Part shown: one piece after another, positions 28,762-39,267 of the stretch | Layout: each line of letters begins with the position of its first letter | How positions within the stretch are numbered: the stretch's first letter is position 1 | Assembly: GCA_965216465.1 (NCBI GenBank) | Contig: CBDCFW010000006.1 | Span: forward strand, 640,001-704,000 | Direction: 5' to 3' | Source of the DNA: Bacteroidia bacterium | GTDB taxonomy: Bacteria > Bacteroidota > Bacteroidia > NS11-12g > UBA9320 | Length of the DNA: 64,000 nt | The notes under the pieces: model-generated | What the model was told of the DNA's origin: nothing | What the model saw: only the letters and a program-made list of their open reading frames with translations | Database searches by the model: none | Position numbers and translations under genes: made by a program

Positions 28762-29604
28762 ATGAGGTATACCTCAGCATTTCTTGTCCTTACTATCCTC
28801 CTTTCTAGCTGCAGCGTTGTCAAGAAAAATGGATACTACCAATCCAAAAAATACAAACCAAATTACAAAGAGCTTATTTCCAAATCCAAAAAGAGACGAA
28901 CAGAAACAAATCGCAAAACGTCTTCAAAATTGGATGCTATAAGTAATCCAAATATCAAAAGCAAGGAGATCGATTCACTCTTTCTTAAAACTTTTGCTAA
29001 CATCGCTGTTGTGAACCTACCGACTGTAAATGAACAACTTAAATCACAAAAAGAGGTACAAACACAAGCTTCGGCATTTTCCGATATTGAACCCATAAAT
29101 GATGTAGAACTGCATACTCCTTTAAGAAACAAAAGCAATCATGCTGGAAGTGTAGATTGGAAGACCATTGGTCTATATGTGCTGCTACTCATCGCCGCAG
29201 GGCTAGTTTTCTTTGTAATCCATATTGCTGGTTTCCATACACTAAAATTTGTTTTTGCGGGAGTTGCGTTGTTAGCCATTTTACTTCATCTAATATTCTC
29301 TTCAAAGTCAGATAAGCAAAAAGATACCTCAAAAGAAGCATCAACTAAGAATCAAAAACTAGGTAAAACGCTAATGACATTTGCCTTCTTTTTTATACTT
29401 CCAGCTTTTGTATTCACAGCACTAGACATAGCCGGTCTAGGGGCAATTATTGCACTAGGAAGTGTGTTATTTGCCTTGGTCGGAGCGATTTTAACATTTA
29501 ATGCGAATAAAGAAGAGTGGGTCAAGCAAGCTCTCTTGGTGTTTTTGAACATCGTGCTGAATTTAATAGCACTTTTAGCTGGACTAATTGCCGCAGGTTA
29601 CTAA
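28762..29604 (+). CDS. Hypothetical membrane lipoprotein
   Basis: Lipobox LSSC, basic linker, several C-terminal TM helices. Confidence 0.55.
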   Translation: MRYTSAFLVLTILLSSCSVVKKNGYYQSKKYKPNYKELISKSKKRRTETNRKTSSKLDAISNPNIKSKEIDSLFLKTFANIAVVNLPTVNEQLKSQKEVQTQASAFSDIEPINDVELHTPLRNKSNHAGSVDWKTIGLYVLLLIAAGLVFFVIHIAGFHTLKFVFAGVALLAILLHLIFSSKSDKQKDTSKEASTKNQKLGKTLMTFAFFFILPAFVFTALDIAGLGAIIALGSVLFALVGAILTFNANKEEWVKQALLVFLNIVLNLIALLAGLIAAGY

Positions 29605-29634
29605 TTGCTTATAACTAACTGATAATCTACAACT

Positions 29635-32600
29635 TTACTTGACTATCACCAGCTTGCGAACGGCTCTTTGCTGGCCTATTACGATCACCAGCATATAATT
29701 TCCTGCACCATAATTTGTTAAGTTTAAAGCCATCTGGTTAGCTCCAATTTCTTCTTCAAAAACGAATTGGCCAAATGAATTGTAAATTGAAATTCGATCA
29801 ATTATTCTGTCCGAATAAACCACAATTTTATTCTTAGCTGGATTTGGATATAGACTAATTCCGTGCGCTAATTCTTTAACGTTATTTATAACCGCACTTG
29901 TGTCACTAATAAAGATGGTGTCTGATACAGTTCCACAAACGTTTGTGGCCTCCACCCAATACATTCCAGTATCGCTCACAACGATCTTATGACTGGTTTC
30001 TCCGGTATTCCATACATAAGCATAAGACGAATCTACGCTCAACTCAATCTGATCTGGAAGATCGACAATGATATCATTTCCCAAATCAATAATTGGAATA
30101 TCATTTTCTTCAATTATAACTGTATCAGTTGTGGACCCACATTGATTAGTGTAAGCTAAAATATATTCTCCGCCTTCAACAACTTCCAACTCATTTGCTG
30201 TTGTTGTTCCATTCCATCGTGCAGTTGCGTCTGCCTGAGCTTGTAAGGGCCGCAGCGTAATTGTATCTCCCAAACAAAGTGTGGTGTCATCAACCAACAT
30301 AGCAACTGGAATAGTTTTTAATTCAATATTCACACTATCACGTGTTAAACCACATTCATTGAAATACGTCAAAACAAATTCCCCTCCTGTCTTAACTACT
30401 TGTTGACTATCAGGCAAAGCATCCTTCCACCAAGCTGTTGCATCAATTTGAGGGAGTAAGGGTTTAAGTACAATACTGTCTCCATCGCATAGCGTTGTAT
30501 CTCCCCTAAGTTTAGCCGTTGGAACCGTTCTCCAATCGATTGAAATGGTATCATATGCTGACCCACATGAGTTGCTCGCCATCACTGTTATCTGATTCAC
30601 CGAGTGGTAACGGGTCGAAATGGCTGAATCACCATTTGACCACTTTAGATCTGCTAAAAAATTACCATTTGCTGTAACGCTGACTGTATCACCTTCACAA
30701 ACATAGTCTGGCAACGAATCGATGCTGACCCAAGGTGATGGAATTGGTTTTAGTATCTCAAAAACAGAATCGGCTCCACACTGATTGTACGCAATCAAGG
30801 TTACTGGAAGTTCAGTTAATGCAATAAAAAATGAATCGTAATAGGCGGTTTTGTTTATGTACCATACGAATTGCTGTTCAATAGTATCATACTGCTGATA
30901 GTTGCAATAAATCCAATCACAAATACTACTATCAAGAATCATTTTCGCCAGCGGTTCTGGTAAAAAGTCGATGCTAAAACTGTCGGTAATCGCTCCACAT
31001 GAATTGCTGACCGTCATGAAATAGCTTCCAGAATCGGTAAATGATGAACTGTAGGTAGTGTCTCCATTAGACCAATTGTAAGCATATTCTGACAAGTTTG
31101 AATACGCTAACTTAAGCGTATCATCTTCACAAATTTTGTATTCATCATCGAAGATGTCGATTGGAGTTTGTCTCAAAACAATCTCTGCTGAATAAGAATA
31201 TTTGTTCAAGCATGAATCCGTTAATTCAACCTGATAAGTTCCAGATTGAGTGACATCGATTTGGGCAACGGTGTCTCCAGTACTCCATACAATTGATTCC
31301 CAATTTCCAGGAACAGTTAGCCGTGCAAAGTTCACGTTGCAATACACGGAGTCTGGTAAAAATGAAGGTTGTAGAGGTGTGGCAACATCAATGGATATTG
31401 TATCGTAAAACACTGATGGACAGTTATATGGGCTGTTGTTTATTGTTGATTTTATCACAAATAATCCTGTCGTATCCCCAAACAAACTGTCGTTTGAATG
31501 TGCACTCAAGAAGCTGCCTGTGCTATTGAAGTAAAGTCTATCGGAAACCATTAAGTTCCCAGATGTATCAAGCAACTCCATGCGATAAGATGGAGTTCCT
31601 ACCACATTAGAGTCGGCCACCAAACTCAACTCCAGTCCAACTTGTTTAGAGGAACCACAATACAACGGTGCATTAGTAAGTGAACCTGAAGCCTTTGGCT
31701 TCACAAATGACCTAAATACTTGTTTTGAAATCACGTTTACTGGACCGTGTTGATCGTTTGCTACCAAGGTGATAAAGTGATCTCTTTTATCGTAGTTGGG
31801 AAATGTATCAGGCCATTCAATTTTAGCCGTTTTTAAACGAGCTGAAGAATCTGTGATGGTAAATTTAACCCCATTGCTCTCTTGAAATCCATCCCAAGAT
31901 ACATTTAAGGTGTCGTAGACGGCAGAAGGCCCCCCGGGAGGATAAATAAATGCTTGGTCTGATGTTGTAACATTATAACTAAGTGTACTTTGCTCACAAA
32001 AAGCGTAGCCAAACGGACCATTCAATCTAGGTGGATAATTGTCGCCAAAGTCACCGATGATGTGAAATTGCTCGGTTCTAACTTTACCAGCATTTACACG
32101 TGTGCCGGTGCTATCCATTGTCCATATGGTTGACTCAACAACAAAATTATCATAGGTAGAATCTTCTAATGGGGTGTAAATCAGCATTCCCCATTCAGGG
32201 TCAAAGTGAACACCAATTGGTGGATTAGCATTTGGATTATTGCAAGAACCAGGATTAGACCCCGGACATAAATACGCATCCGGAAAAATTGGATCTCCAT
32301 TCCAAGCGCAAGACACTTGACTTGTTGAAGAAGTATGTGGGTGCATCAAGCCAAATGATACAGAATCGTTGTTTGACGACACCATAAAATTGGTATAGAT
32401 TCCAGTGTTCTTGTAATAGAGAAATACGGCCTCAGTGTTGAAGAACCCTCCTTCCGGATTTAACCACGGCTTGACTTCTGCCCAATTGTAAGTATTACGA
32501 TTAACACTTAAAGAACCGCAATTGGTGCTTCCTTGCATTCTTCCTGTAGCTTGAAACTGAAAACGCACTGTTTGATTCATTAAACCAGAATAGGCAGCGT

Positions 32601-32943
32601 TGAAATCAACTGTATCCAAATAGGTATACTGCAGTATCCCCAATATTGAATCTCCAGAACCACATGAGCTGATTGAATCGTGATAGTTTGAAATATTCTT
32701 TACTCCTTGCAACTTAGAATGAAGTGTGTCTACTGCACTTGAGTTTCCTTTGATAGAAAAGACGGCATGACTGTCCAACTGAAAGCTAGCATATCTGCAA
32801 TCAGCATAGACAAGCAACCTTACTTCATATTTGTGAGCAGTATCGAGTCGATGATAATCTACTTGTGAACCAAGAAGCCGTTGAGCATAGCTACCAAAAG
32901 AAAATAAAAGCAATGTAAGGAGGATTGCAGTCTTAGCTTTCAT
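29635..32943 (-). CDS. T9SS type A sorting domain surface protein with Ig-like repeats
   Basis: Signal peptide; repeated WSNG..NxCG modules; C-terminal LYPNPA..IYNSFGQ..GNYML..KLVI. Confidence 0.88.
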   Translation of the reverse strand: MKAKTAILLTLLLFSFGSYAQRLLGSQVDYHRLDTAHKYEVRLLVYADCRYASFQLDSHAVFSIKGNSSAVDTLHSKLQGVKNISNYHDSISSCGSGDSILGILQYTYLDTVDFNAAYSGLMNQTVRFQFQATGRMQGSTNCGSLSVNRNTYNWAEVKPWLNPEGGFFNTEAVFLYYKNTGIYTNFMVSSNNDSVSFGLMHPHTSSTSQVSCAWNGDPIFPDAYLCPGSNPGSCNNPNANPPIGVHFDPEWGMLIYTPLEDSTYDNFVVESTIWTMDSTGTRVNAGKVRTEQFHIIGDFGDNYPPRLNGPFGYAFCEQSTLSYNVTTSDQAFIYPPGGPSAVYDTLNVSWDGFQESNGVKFTITDSSARLKTAKIEWPDTFPNYDKRDHFITLVANDQHGPVNVISKQVFRSFVKPKASGSLTNAPLYCGSSKQVGLELSLVADSNVVGTPSYRMELLDTSGNLMVSDRLYFNSTGSFLSAHSNDSLFGDTTGLFVIKSTINNSPYNCPSVFYDTISIDVATPLQPSFLPDSVYCNVNFARLTVPGNWESIVWSTGDTVAQIDVTQSGTYQVELTDSCLNKYSYSAEIVLRQTPIDIFDDEYKICEDDTLKLAYSNLSEYAYNWSNGDTTYSSSFTDSGSYFMTVSNSCGAITDSFSIDFLPEPLAKMILDSSICDWIYCNYQQYDTIEQQFVWYINKTAYYDSFFIALTELPVTLIAYNQCGADSVFEILKPIPSPWVSIDSLPDYVCEGDTVSVTANGNFLADLKWSNGDSAISTRYHSVNQITVMASNSCGSAYDTISIDWRTVPTAKLRGDTTLCDGDSIVLKPLLPQIDATAWWKDALPDSQQVVKTGGEFVLTYFNECGLTRDSVNIELKTIPVAMLVDDTTLCLGDTITLRPLQAQADATARWNGTTTANELEVVEGGEYILAYTNQCGSTTDTVIIEENDIPIIDLGNDIIVDLPDQIELSVDSSYAYVWNTGETSHKIVVSDTGMYWVEATNVCGTVSDTIFISDTSAVINNVKELAHGISLYPNPAKNKIVVYSDRIIDRISIYNSFGQFVFEEEIGANQMALNLTNYGAGNYMLVIVIGQQRAVRKLVIVK

Positions 32944-32995
32944 ATCTTATTGACGTTTAGATGAATCGATACGTTGCATTGCTCCAAAGAAAATA

Positions 32996-33367
32996 CTAAT
33001 CCATATACCAGTATAAGACATCTCCAGGGTCTATAAATATTTGTACCAAAATCGTCGTCACTCCAAGCAGGAAAATTGCAACATGTTTTGTTGATACAGC
33101 TTTAATCACAAGTGAAACAATTAAAGTAATCATACCCACCAAGACGCTAATCAGCATGGGTATAAATCCATACCAAACCACTAAGTATAAGAACTGCGAT
33201 CCAATATGTTTTGGGTCATTTATACTGGGTTTAGGAAAGTGTCCAAGGTCAACTATAGCCGAGAATAAGAAAAGATAAACTGTTGTAATCCAAATTAATG
33301 GGATGTACGAACACAGCTTGAATATCGATCGAACAAGATATGGGTTCTGGAACAACAGTTGCTTCAT
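32996..33367 (-). CDS. Hypothetical membrane protein
   Basis: Three hydrophobic segments. Confidence 0.55.
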   Translation of the reverse strand: MKQLLFQNPYLVRSIFKLCSYIPLIWITTVYLFLFSAIVDLGHFPKPSINDPKHIGSQFLYLVVWYGFIPMLISVLVGMITLIVSLVIKAVSTKHVAIFLLGVTTILVQIFIDPGDVLYWYMD

Positions 33368-33471
33368 ACAAACACCTAACGAAATTTTGGTAAAGATAAT
33401 GTTGTCGTTCCTATTTAATCTTTGCAGAAGAATTATTTACTTTACCGCTTTAAAGTGTATCAATCTTAAAC

Positions 33472-36400
33472 ATGCGAACTTGCTGGTTATCAATAATTCT
33501 CCTTTTAGTCTGTGCCACTTCTGCACAAACGGTAAAAGAAACTTGGGATGACGCTTATAAACAAAGTGAATCCCTCGAAAAGGAAGGTAAGCACCAAGAA
33601 GCATTTGACTTGTTTAGCAATGCGCATCTCAATGCGTTAAATGAATTAAGTGAGTATGATCAAGAGTTTAGTCACTACCGCATGGCTAAACTTGCTTTTA
33701 ACATTAAAAGCTACGAAAAGTCTATTGACCATTTCAATCAATCGGCAGAATTGTTAATTAAACTCGAGGGGCAAGAATATTCTCAGTTACAATACAACTA
33801 TCTCAGTATCATCAACGCGCTTAAAGAATTGGGTAAAAAAGATGAATGTGTGGCATATTATCAAAAGGTTTTGGCTCTCAACATTCTAGATCGTGAAAAG
33901 GTCCTACAACGCAACGAGCTTGCCGTACTTCTTTTTCAGCTTGGAGATACAACAAAAGCGTCTGAACAAATAGAATTATGTGCTAAAGCTTACTATGATT
34001 TGTCAGCATATTCAAAGTCAAAGTTGGGCTATGTTCGGATCTTAAGTAATCTAGGATACATCCATCTAGTTCAGGGTAAAGTTGTTGACGCTCAACGACT
34101 TTACATGCAAAGCATAGAGCATTGGGCCTCAATGGGATTTGGACAAACACCAGAGTTTGTTGCTGATGTGAAAGCTTATCAAGATGTTTTGGACCAGAAT
34201 GAAGGTCATGATGCCAGAGTCGAGCTCGAAAGCTTTTTGATTCGTCAAATGGAAGCTCGGAATGCTAAAAAGACACCTGAATATTTGATTGCTCATTATA
34301 ATCGTTCGCTATCTGCAAGTCTAGCATCTCATGATAGTGCAAACAGTTATGTGAAACAAGCAAAAAATGCTATTTACACGTCAGCGCCAACAAAACATAA
34401 ATGGCCTATTTATCTCGTAGATGGATATCAGGAATTTCTGAATGGTAACTACGACTCTTGCCGAACAAAGCTCTATCGACTTGCTCATGATATGGAATCA
34501 AATGGTTATTCTGACACTACCGTGTTTCGTTCAGCTGTTTATATTCTTTATCAGTCTCAAAGGTTATTAGGACTAAATGAGGATGCTGCACATAACATTA
34601 TGTATTACTACAACTTGCTTAAGGCGTCAGGACTAACTTCTGCACTGGATAAAACTTCTAGCGACTTGCGATCTTACTACCTCGAAATAGGCAAAACAGA
34701 TGACTTGGTTTACTTTGACCAGGATGAACTAGAACGTATTGAAGACCACTACGGAAAAACAACAGTTCAATACTATACGAAGCTGAATAACCTAATTGAA
34801 TCCTCTTACTATGGAGGCTACTGTGGAGATGTAAAACCGCACGTTATTGAAGCAAAGAAGTTATTGCCAAAACTGCAAGAAGAAGGCCGGCAATGGCTGT
34901 TTGACCAATACTCGTATTTGGCAACAGTTTCAAGTTCTTGCTACCATTATAAAACAGCGCTTGCACTCATAGAACTTGCTTCTAATCATGCTAGTAATTC
35001 TTTTGACAAGGTTGAACTTCATATGCTTAAAGCTGAGGTCTACGAAGAAGAAGAAAAGCACGAAAAATCCATATCCGAACTCGAAACCAGTATTGCGATT
35101 CTTGAACTAACATCACCACAAGATTCGTCGCTATTACCCGAGAGTTATATTCAGCTTTCTGAGCAATATGCAGCACAAGAAGACTATCTTGAAGCAAGCA
35201 AATGGACTCAAAAAGCTGTTGATTGCTACACAACACTATCCTCCAAGCATCAAAGGACAGAAAAGTACTTTCATCTGGTTTCAAACCACTTGTACAACCG
35301 TTCGATGAGCGACCAGCACGATGGAAACATGCAAAACGGAAGAGTAAATCTTCAACTTGCCGCTGACCTGTTTGGAAAACATAGCAGTGATTATGGAGAT
35401 GAGCTTCGGCAAATGATTAGTCTAAGTTACAATGCTGGGGCTTATGATTCTGCTGCTTACTACTTACAACTCGCATACAAAACGGCAGAGGCCATTAACC
35501 GTTCGACCGATGATGCTAATTTAGGTGCCGTACTATATAGTAGTACACTTCTACACTTAGAAATATGGAAGGGGTTGATTGAAGATAAATTAGATGAACC
35601 AATCAATTGGCGAAATAATCAATCCGAAGCTCCCAATTTCGAAAAAGAATTGGCCTCTGAATTTAAAGCGAACAATGCCTCTAACAACTTAAGTGATAAT
35701 CAGCTCAATTGGTTCTTTAAATCCAGCAACACTGCATATCAACAACTCTCTGCAGGCAACCTCTCGGCTGCATTAAATCTTTACCTAGAACTTCATTCAA
35801 AGGCGTCAAAGTTGCTTGACGAGAACAATGCTGAACGCTCTACTATAAATAAAGTCTTAGGCAAGCTGTATATGGAATTGGAAGACTATCCAAAAGCAGA
35901 AGCCCACCTATATAGTGCCCTGAAACAAAGTGCTGAGAATCGCACAAAGGCTATTCAAATACGCATGGATATAATGGAGCTGTACTTGAATATGGGAAGG
36001 GACAAAGAAGTTCTTTCTGAATTGCAATTCATTATCGAAGATTTAGAAGACTCCGATTTAGAACTCATTAACAGGACATATGTTCTTTTTGCCAAATATT
36101 ATCAGAACCAACGTAAATACCAGTTGGCAGTTAACATGTACGAGAAGATTAATGCTGCTTCCGACATTGATGATGTATTAAAAATGAGGGCATATCACGA
36201 GCAAGGATTAATGTATCGTGAAATGGGTGTAAGAAACATAAGCTTTAGTTACTTCAAAAAAGCCAAGTCTTTGTACGAAAAATACCTATCGAACAGTCAC
36301 CCCGACTACAGCTTGTTGATGTGCGAATTGGCGAATGAATATGCCATAAGATCAAATCATGATTCTGCACGATTGCTTTACAATGAGCACATTCCGAAGT

Positions 36401-38112
36401 TACGCAACAGTCTTGGAAGTGATCACCCAAAATTGAATAGAGTACTGCTTGATCTCGCTGTAATCAACCTTGTTCACTTTGACGATAAACAACTAGCCCT
36501 AAATCAGCTCAAAGAGGTGCAACAAAATCTAGTCAAACAACTAGATAAGGGGTTTTTAATCTCAACTGAACATCAGCGTGATGCTTTGATAAATACTGTT
36601 GAAGATCAAATCGATATCATCTTTCAAATGAGTTCTGATTTAAAGGATGACCATCCCGAAGTCAATGAAATTTGCTTGAACCTCAATTTAACTTTGAAGT
36701 CGTTGCTTCTCAAGAATAAAACCGAGATGTTAAGACAGCTTGAAAAGTCTAAAGACGTTGATATTCTACAGCTTGTATCTGAATACAAAAATGCTAAGAC
36801 CAAAATGGTATACCTCCAAACTAAGCCATTAAACGATCGAGAAAATGTGTTTGATCTTTACAGAAAAGTTGACTCTCTTGAGCAACAACTCGTTTCCAAC
36901 TATTCTAAGAATCGAACAAGCTCAGTTTCTCAAATCAACTGGCAAGAAATTCAGAAAAAGCTTACACCAGATGAGGTTGCTATTGAATTTGCTCAGTACA
37001 ACTTTCTGTCTCGAATTCACATGCCCGATAGCCTAGCCTATGTAGCCTATATAATTGGTAAAGAAGACCAATATCCTCAGCAAGTATATTTAGGAAGAAG
37101 TCAAGCTTTGAAGGAGCTTCTAAATTCTGCTCACACCGACGAAATTTATGCTCTCAGAGGTGCAGGTGTTGAAGAGAACTATACCTATGACCTGAATGGA
37201 CTTGCCAATCTATGGTCAAAAATTGATGACCAACTGGGCAATCCTAAAACAGTGCATTACGCCCCTGTAGGATCCTTGAACAACGTTCCATTTGCGGCTA
37301 TAAATGTAAACGGACAAGCACTTTGTCAAGAATATACACTCGTGCGATATACCAGTCTTATTGATTTAAAAAGAAAATCTAAATCGTTCACTACTAAACA
37401 GATACATGCGGTTGGAGGTGTTAATTTTGGCTCAGTTACTGTGAATGACAGCATCCAAAAAATCAGGTCAGGAACTTGGAGCGAACTCCCCGGAACACTG
37501 GATGAAGTAAAGGGCATCCAATCAACTTATGGGGATGAAATTGTTACCGTTTGGAGTGGACATAATGCTACTGAATCGATGTTTAAAGAGTCAATCTCAT
37601 CTGCAGATGTTATTCATCTAGCAACACACGGGTTCTATGAAAAGGAAGAGCCAAAAGGCTATATTGAAGAAGTTCAATACCGGTCGCATGCAACCAGTTC
37701 TATGAATAAGAGCGGGGTGCTGTTTGCAGGGGCCAATGCGGGCTGGCAATACGGCTATCAACCAAATGAGCAAGAAGACGGAATTCTATACTCCGCTGAA
37801 TTGGCCGAATTGGATTTATCTCACGTTCAGCTAGTTGTGATGAGCGCTTGTGAAACTGGACTGGGAAAAGTAGATGGATTAGAAGGTGTTTTTGGATTGC
37901 AAAGAGCTTTAAAACTCGCTGGAGCAAAAAACATAATCGTTTCACTTTGGCAGGTGCCAGATAAAGAGTCCTCAGAATTTATGCAACTCTTCTACACTCA
38001 ATTGAACGAGGTTAAAAATATCAGAACTGCATTTGTTGAAACGCAAAGAATTATGCAGCATCGCTATGCAGAGGAACCCTATAAATGGGCTGCATTTGTA
38101 TTGTTGGAGTAG
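33472..38112 (+). CDS. Secreted TPR-repeat plus CHAT (caspase-like) domain protein
   Basis: Signal peptide; TPR-like helices; IHLATHG and VMSACETG catalytic dyad; SLWQV, WAAF. Confidence 0.92.
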   Translation: MRTCWLSIILLLVCATSAQTVKETWDDAYKQSESLEKEGKHQEAFDLFSNAHLNALNELSEYDQEFSHYRMAKLAFNIKSYEKSIDHFNQSAELLIKLEGQEYSQLQYNYLSIINALKELGKKDECVAYYQKVLALNILDREKVLQRNELAVLLFQLGDTTKASEQIELCAKAYYDLSAYSKSKLGYVRILSNLGYIHLVQGKVVDAQRLYMQSIEHWASMGFGQTPEFVADVKAYQDVLDQNEGHDARVELESFLIRQMEARNAKKTPEYLIAHYNRSLSASLASHDSANSYVKQAKNAIYTSAPTKHKWPIYLVDGYQEFLNGNYDSCRTKLYRLAHDMESNGYSDTTVFRSAVYILYQSQRLLGLNEDAAHNIMYYYNLLKASGLTSALDKTSSDLRSYYLEIGKTDDLVYFDQDELERIEDHYGKTTVQYYTKLNNLIESSYYGGYCGDVKPHVIEAKKLLPKLQEEGRQWLFDQYSYLATVSSSCYHYKTALALIELASNHASNSFDKVELHMLKAEVYEEEEKHEKSISELETSIAILELTSPQDSSLLPESYIQLSEQYAAQEDYLEASKWTQKAVDCYTTLSSKHQRTEKYFHLVSNHLYNRSMSDQHDGNMQNGRVNLQLAADLFGKHSSDYGDELRQMISLSYNAGAYDSAAYYLQLAYKTAEAINRSTDDANLGAVLYSSTLLHLEIWKGLIEDKLDEPINWRNNQSEAPNFEKELASEFKANNASNNLSDNQLNWFFKSSNTAYQQLSAGNLSAALNLYLELHSKASKLLDENNAERSTINKVLGKLYMELEDYPKAEAHLYSALKQSAENRTKAIQIRMDIMELYLNMGRDKEVLSELQFIIEDLEDSDLELINRTYVLFAKYYQNQRKYQLAVNMYEKINAASDIDDVLKMRAYHEQGLMYREMGVRNISFSYFKKAKSLYEKYLSNSHPDYSLLMCELANEYAIRSNHDSARLLYNEHIPKLRNSLGSDHPKLNRVLLDLAVINLVHFDDKQLALNQLKEVQQNLVKQLDKGFLISTEHQRDALINTVEDQIDIIFQMSSDLKDDHPEVNEICLNLNLTLKSLLLKNKTEMLRQLEKSKDVDILQLVSEYKNAKTKMVYLQTKPLNDRENVFDLYRKVDSLEQQLVSNYSKNRTSSVSQINWQEIQKKLTPDEVAIEFAQYNFLSRIHMPDSLAYVAYIIGKEDQYPQQVYLGRSQALKELLNSAHTDEIYALRGAGVEENYTYDLNGLANLWSKIDDQLGNPKTVHYAPVGSLNNVPFAAINVNGQALCQEYTLVRYTSLIDLKRKSKSFTTKQIHAVGGVNFGSVTVNDSIQKIRSGTWSELPGTLDEVKGIQSTYGDEIVTVWSGHNATESMFKESISSADVIHLATHGFYEKEEPKGYIEEVQYRSHATSSMNKSGVLFAGANAGWQYGYQPNEQEDGILYSAELAELDLSHVQLVVMSACETGLGKVDGLEGVFGLQRALKLAGAKNIIVSLWQVPDKESSEFMQLFYTQLNEVKNIRTAFVETQRIMQHRYAEEPYKWAAFVLLE

Positions 38113-38118
38113 TTCGTG

Positions 38119-38712
38119 TTACATCGGAATTTTAAATCGCTCTAACTTGTCAGAATTAACCTTGCTATTCCCAAACGATTTGCTAATCTCTTCTGTAATT
38201 GGTGTAGCTGCCGATACCACCAAAATACTCGACTCTTCTTGAACATACTGAGTATTTATCGACTTGACAGGTAACTGTTCAACCGGAATATATACTTCTT
38301 TAATCACCTCTTTTACAACAGTTTGTGGAACATAGACCGTATCTCTAACTACCTGGGTCACTACTTCATTCTGAGGTACTACAACATCATTTGTTTGTGA
38401 CGAAAAGAAAACCGCTGCAATTATAAATATCGATGCACATGCAGATAAAACCCCGTACATCGGAATAGGCCTTTTCCAAAATACTGGTTTTACTTTTTGT
38501 GCAACTTTTTCCCTTAGATCTACCTGAATATGAGCATCTGGAGTAAGGGTTTTATCTCCTGAAAATAAGTTCTCAAACGAAGCGTTTAACTCATGCATCT
38601 CCTCATACTCATCAAGCGTCATTTCAGCCAGTACCACTTCTTGCTGGTCTGCTGTTAATGCCGAAAACTTCAATTCTTTTGCCCATTCGTGTATTTGCTC
38701 TATTCTTTTCAT
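38119..38712 (-). CDS. Putative anti-sigma factor (single TM)
   Basis: ATGA-coupled downstream of the ECF sigma; cytoplasmic N-terminus, one TM helix, RDTVYV linker. Confidence 0.6.
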   Translation of the reverse strand: MKRIEQIHEWAKELKFSALTADQQEVVLAEMTLDEYEEMHELNASFENLFSGDKTLTPDAHIQVDLREKVAQKVKPVFWKRPIPMYGVLSACASIFIIAAVFFSSQTNDVVVPQNEVVTQVVRDTVYVPQTVVKEVIKEVYIPVEQLPVKSINTQYVQEESSILVVSAATPITEEISKSFGNSKVNSDKLERFKIPM

Positions 38713-39263
38713 ATATCTGTTTTATATAATTTTAACTTCTGTGCGAGTTGCTTTCTACAGCTGAATAATCTTGATTTTACGGTTCCTTCTGCACATTGAA
38801 CAATTTGTGCAATTTCCTTTATGCTTAACCCCTGTTGATGGTGCAATACAAAAACCTCTTTATGCTCTATGCTCAATGCATTTAATGCTGACTCCATTGC
38901 CGATTTTATTCCACTATTGGTTAGTTGTTCGATGGCCGATCTACCCCCTGCTTCTACATGTGTAAGTTGTTGAATATCTACAACTTTGGGCCCTCTGAAC
39001 GATTTTCGGCATGCATTAAGTGCGACAGTATAAATCCAGGACTTAAAATTTTTGGTGGTATCAAATTTTTGTGGATTTTCAATAACCAATAAAAAAACGT
39101 CGTGAAGCAAGTCTTGAGCTCTAGCTTTATCGCCGACCATTCGGTACATGGTTGCCAAAAGTTTTTGACTGTATCGTAGATACAATTCATCAAAAGCACC
39201 AACAGACCCCTTTTGAATGAGGTCCATCAGTGCTTCATCTGAATATTTACGTAATCTCGTCAT
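38709..39263 (-). CDS. ECF RNA polymerase sigma factor
   Basis: AFDELY, DLLHDVF, FKSWIY, LSIKEIA..GTVKSRL. Confidence 0.93.
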   Translation of the reverse strand: MTRLRKYSDEALMDLIQKGSVGAFDELYLRYSQKLLATMYRMVGDKARAQDLLHDVFLLVIENPQKFDTTKNFKSWIYTVALNACRKSFRGPKVVDIQQLTHVEAGGRSAIEQLTNSGIKSAMESALNALSIEHKEVFVLHHQQGLSIKEIAQIVQCAEGTVKSRLFSCRKQLAQKLKLYKTDI

Positions 39264-39267
39264 GAAC

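Noticed and set aside
29900-31400. Repeats in the 1102-aa T9SS protein as a novel array
   Set aside because: These are degenerate Ig-like modules common in Bacteroidota surface proteins
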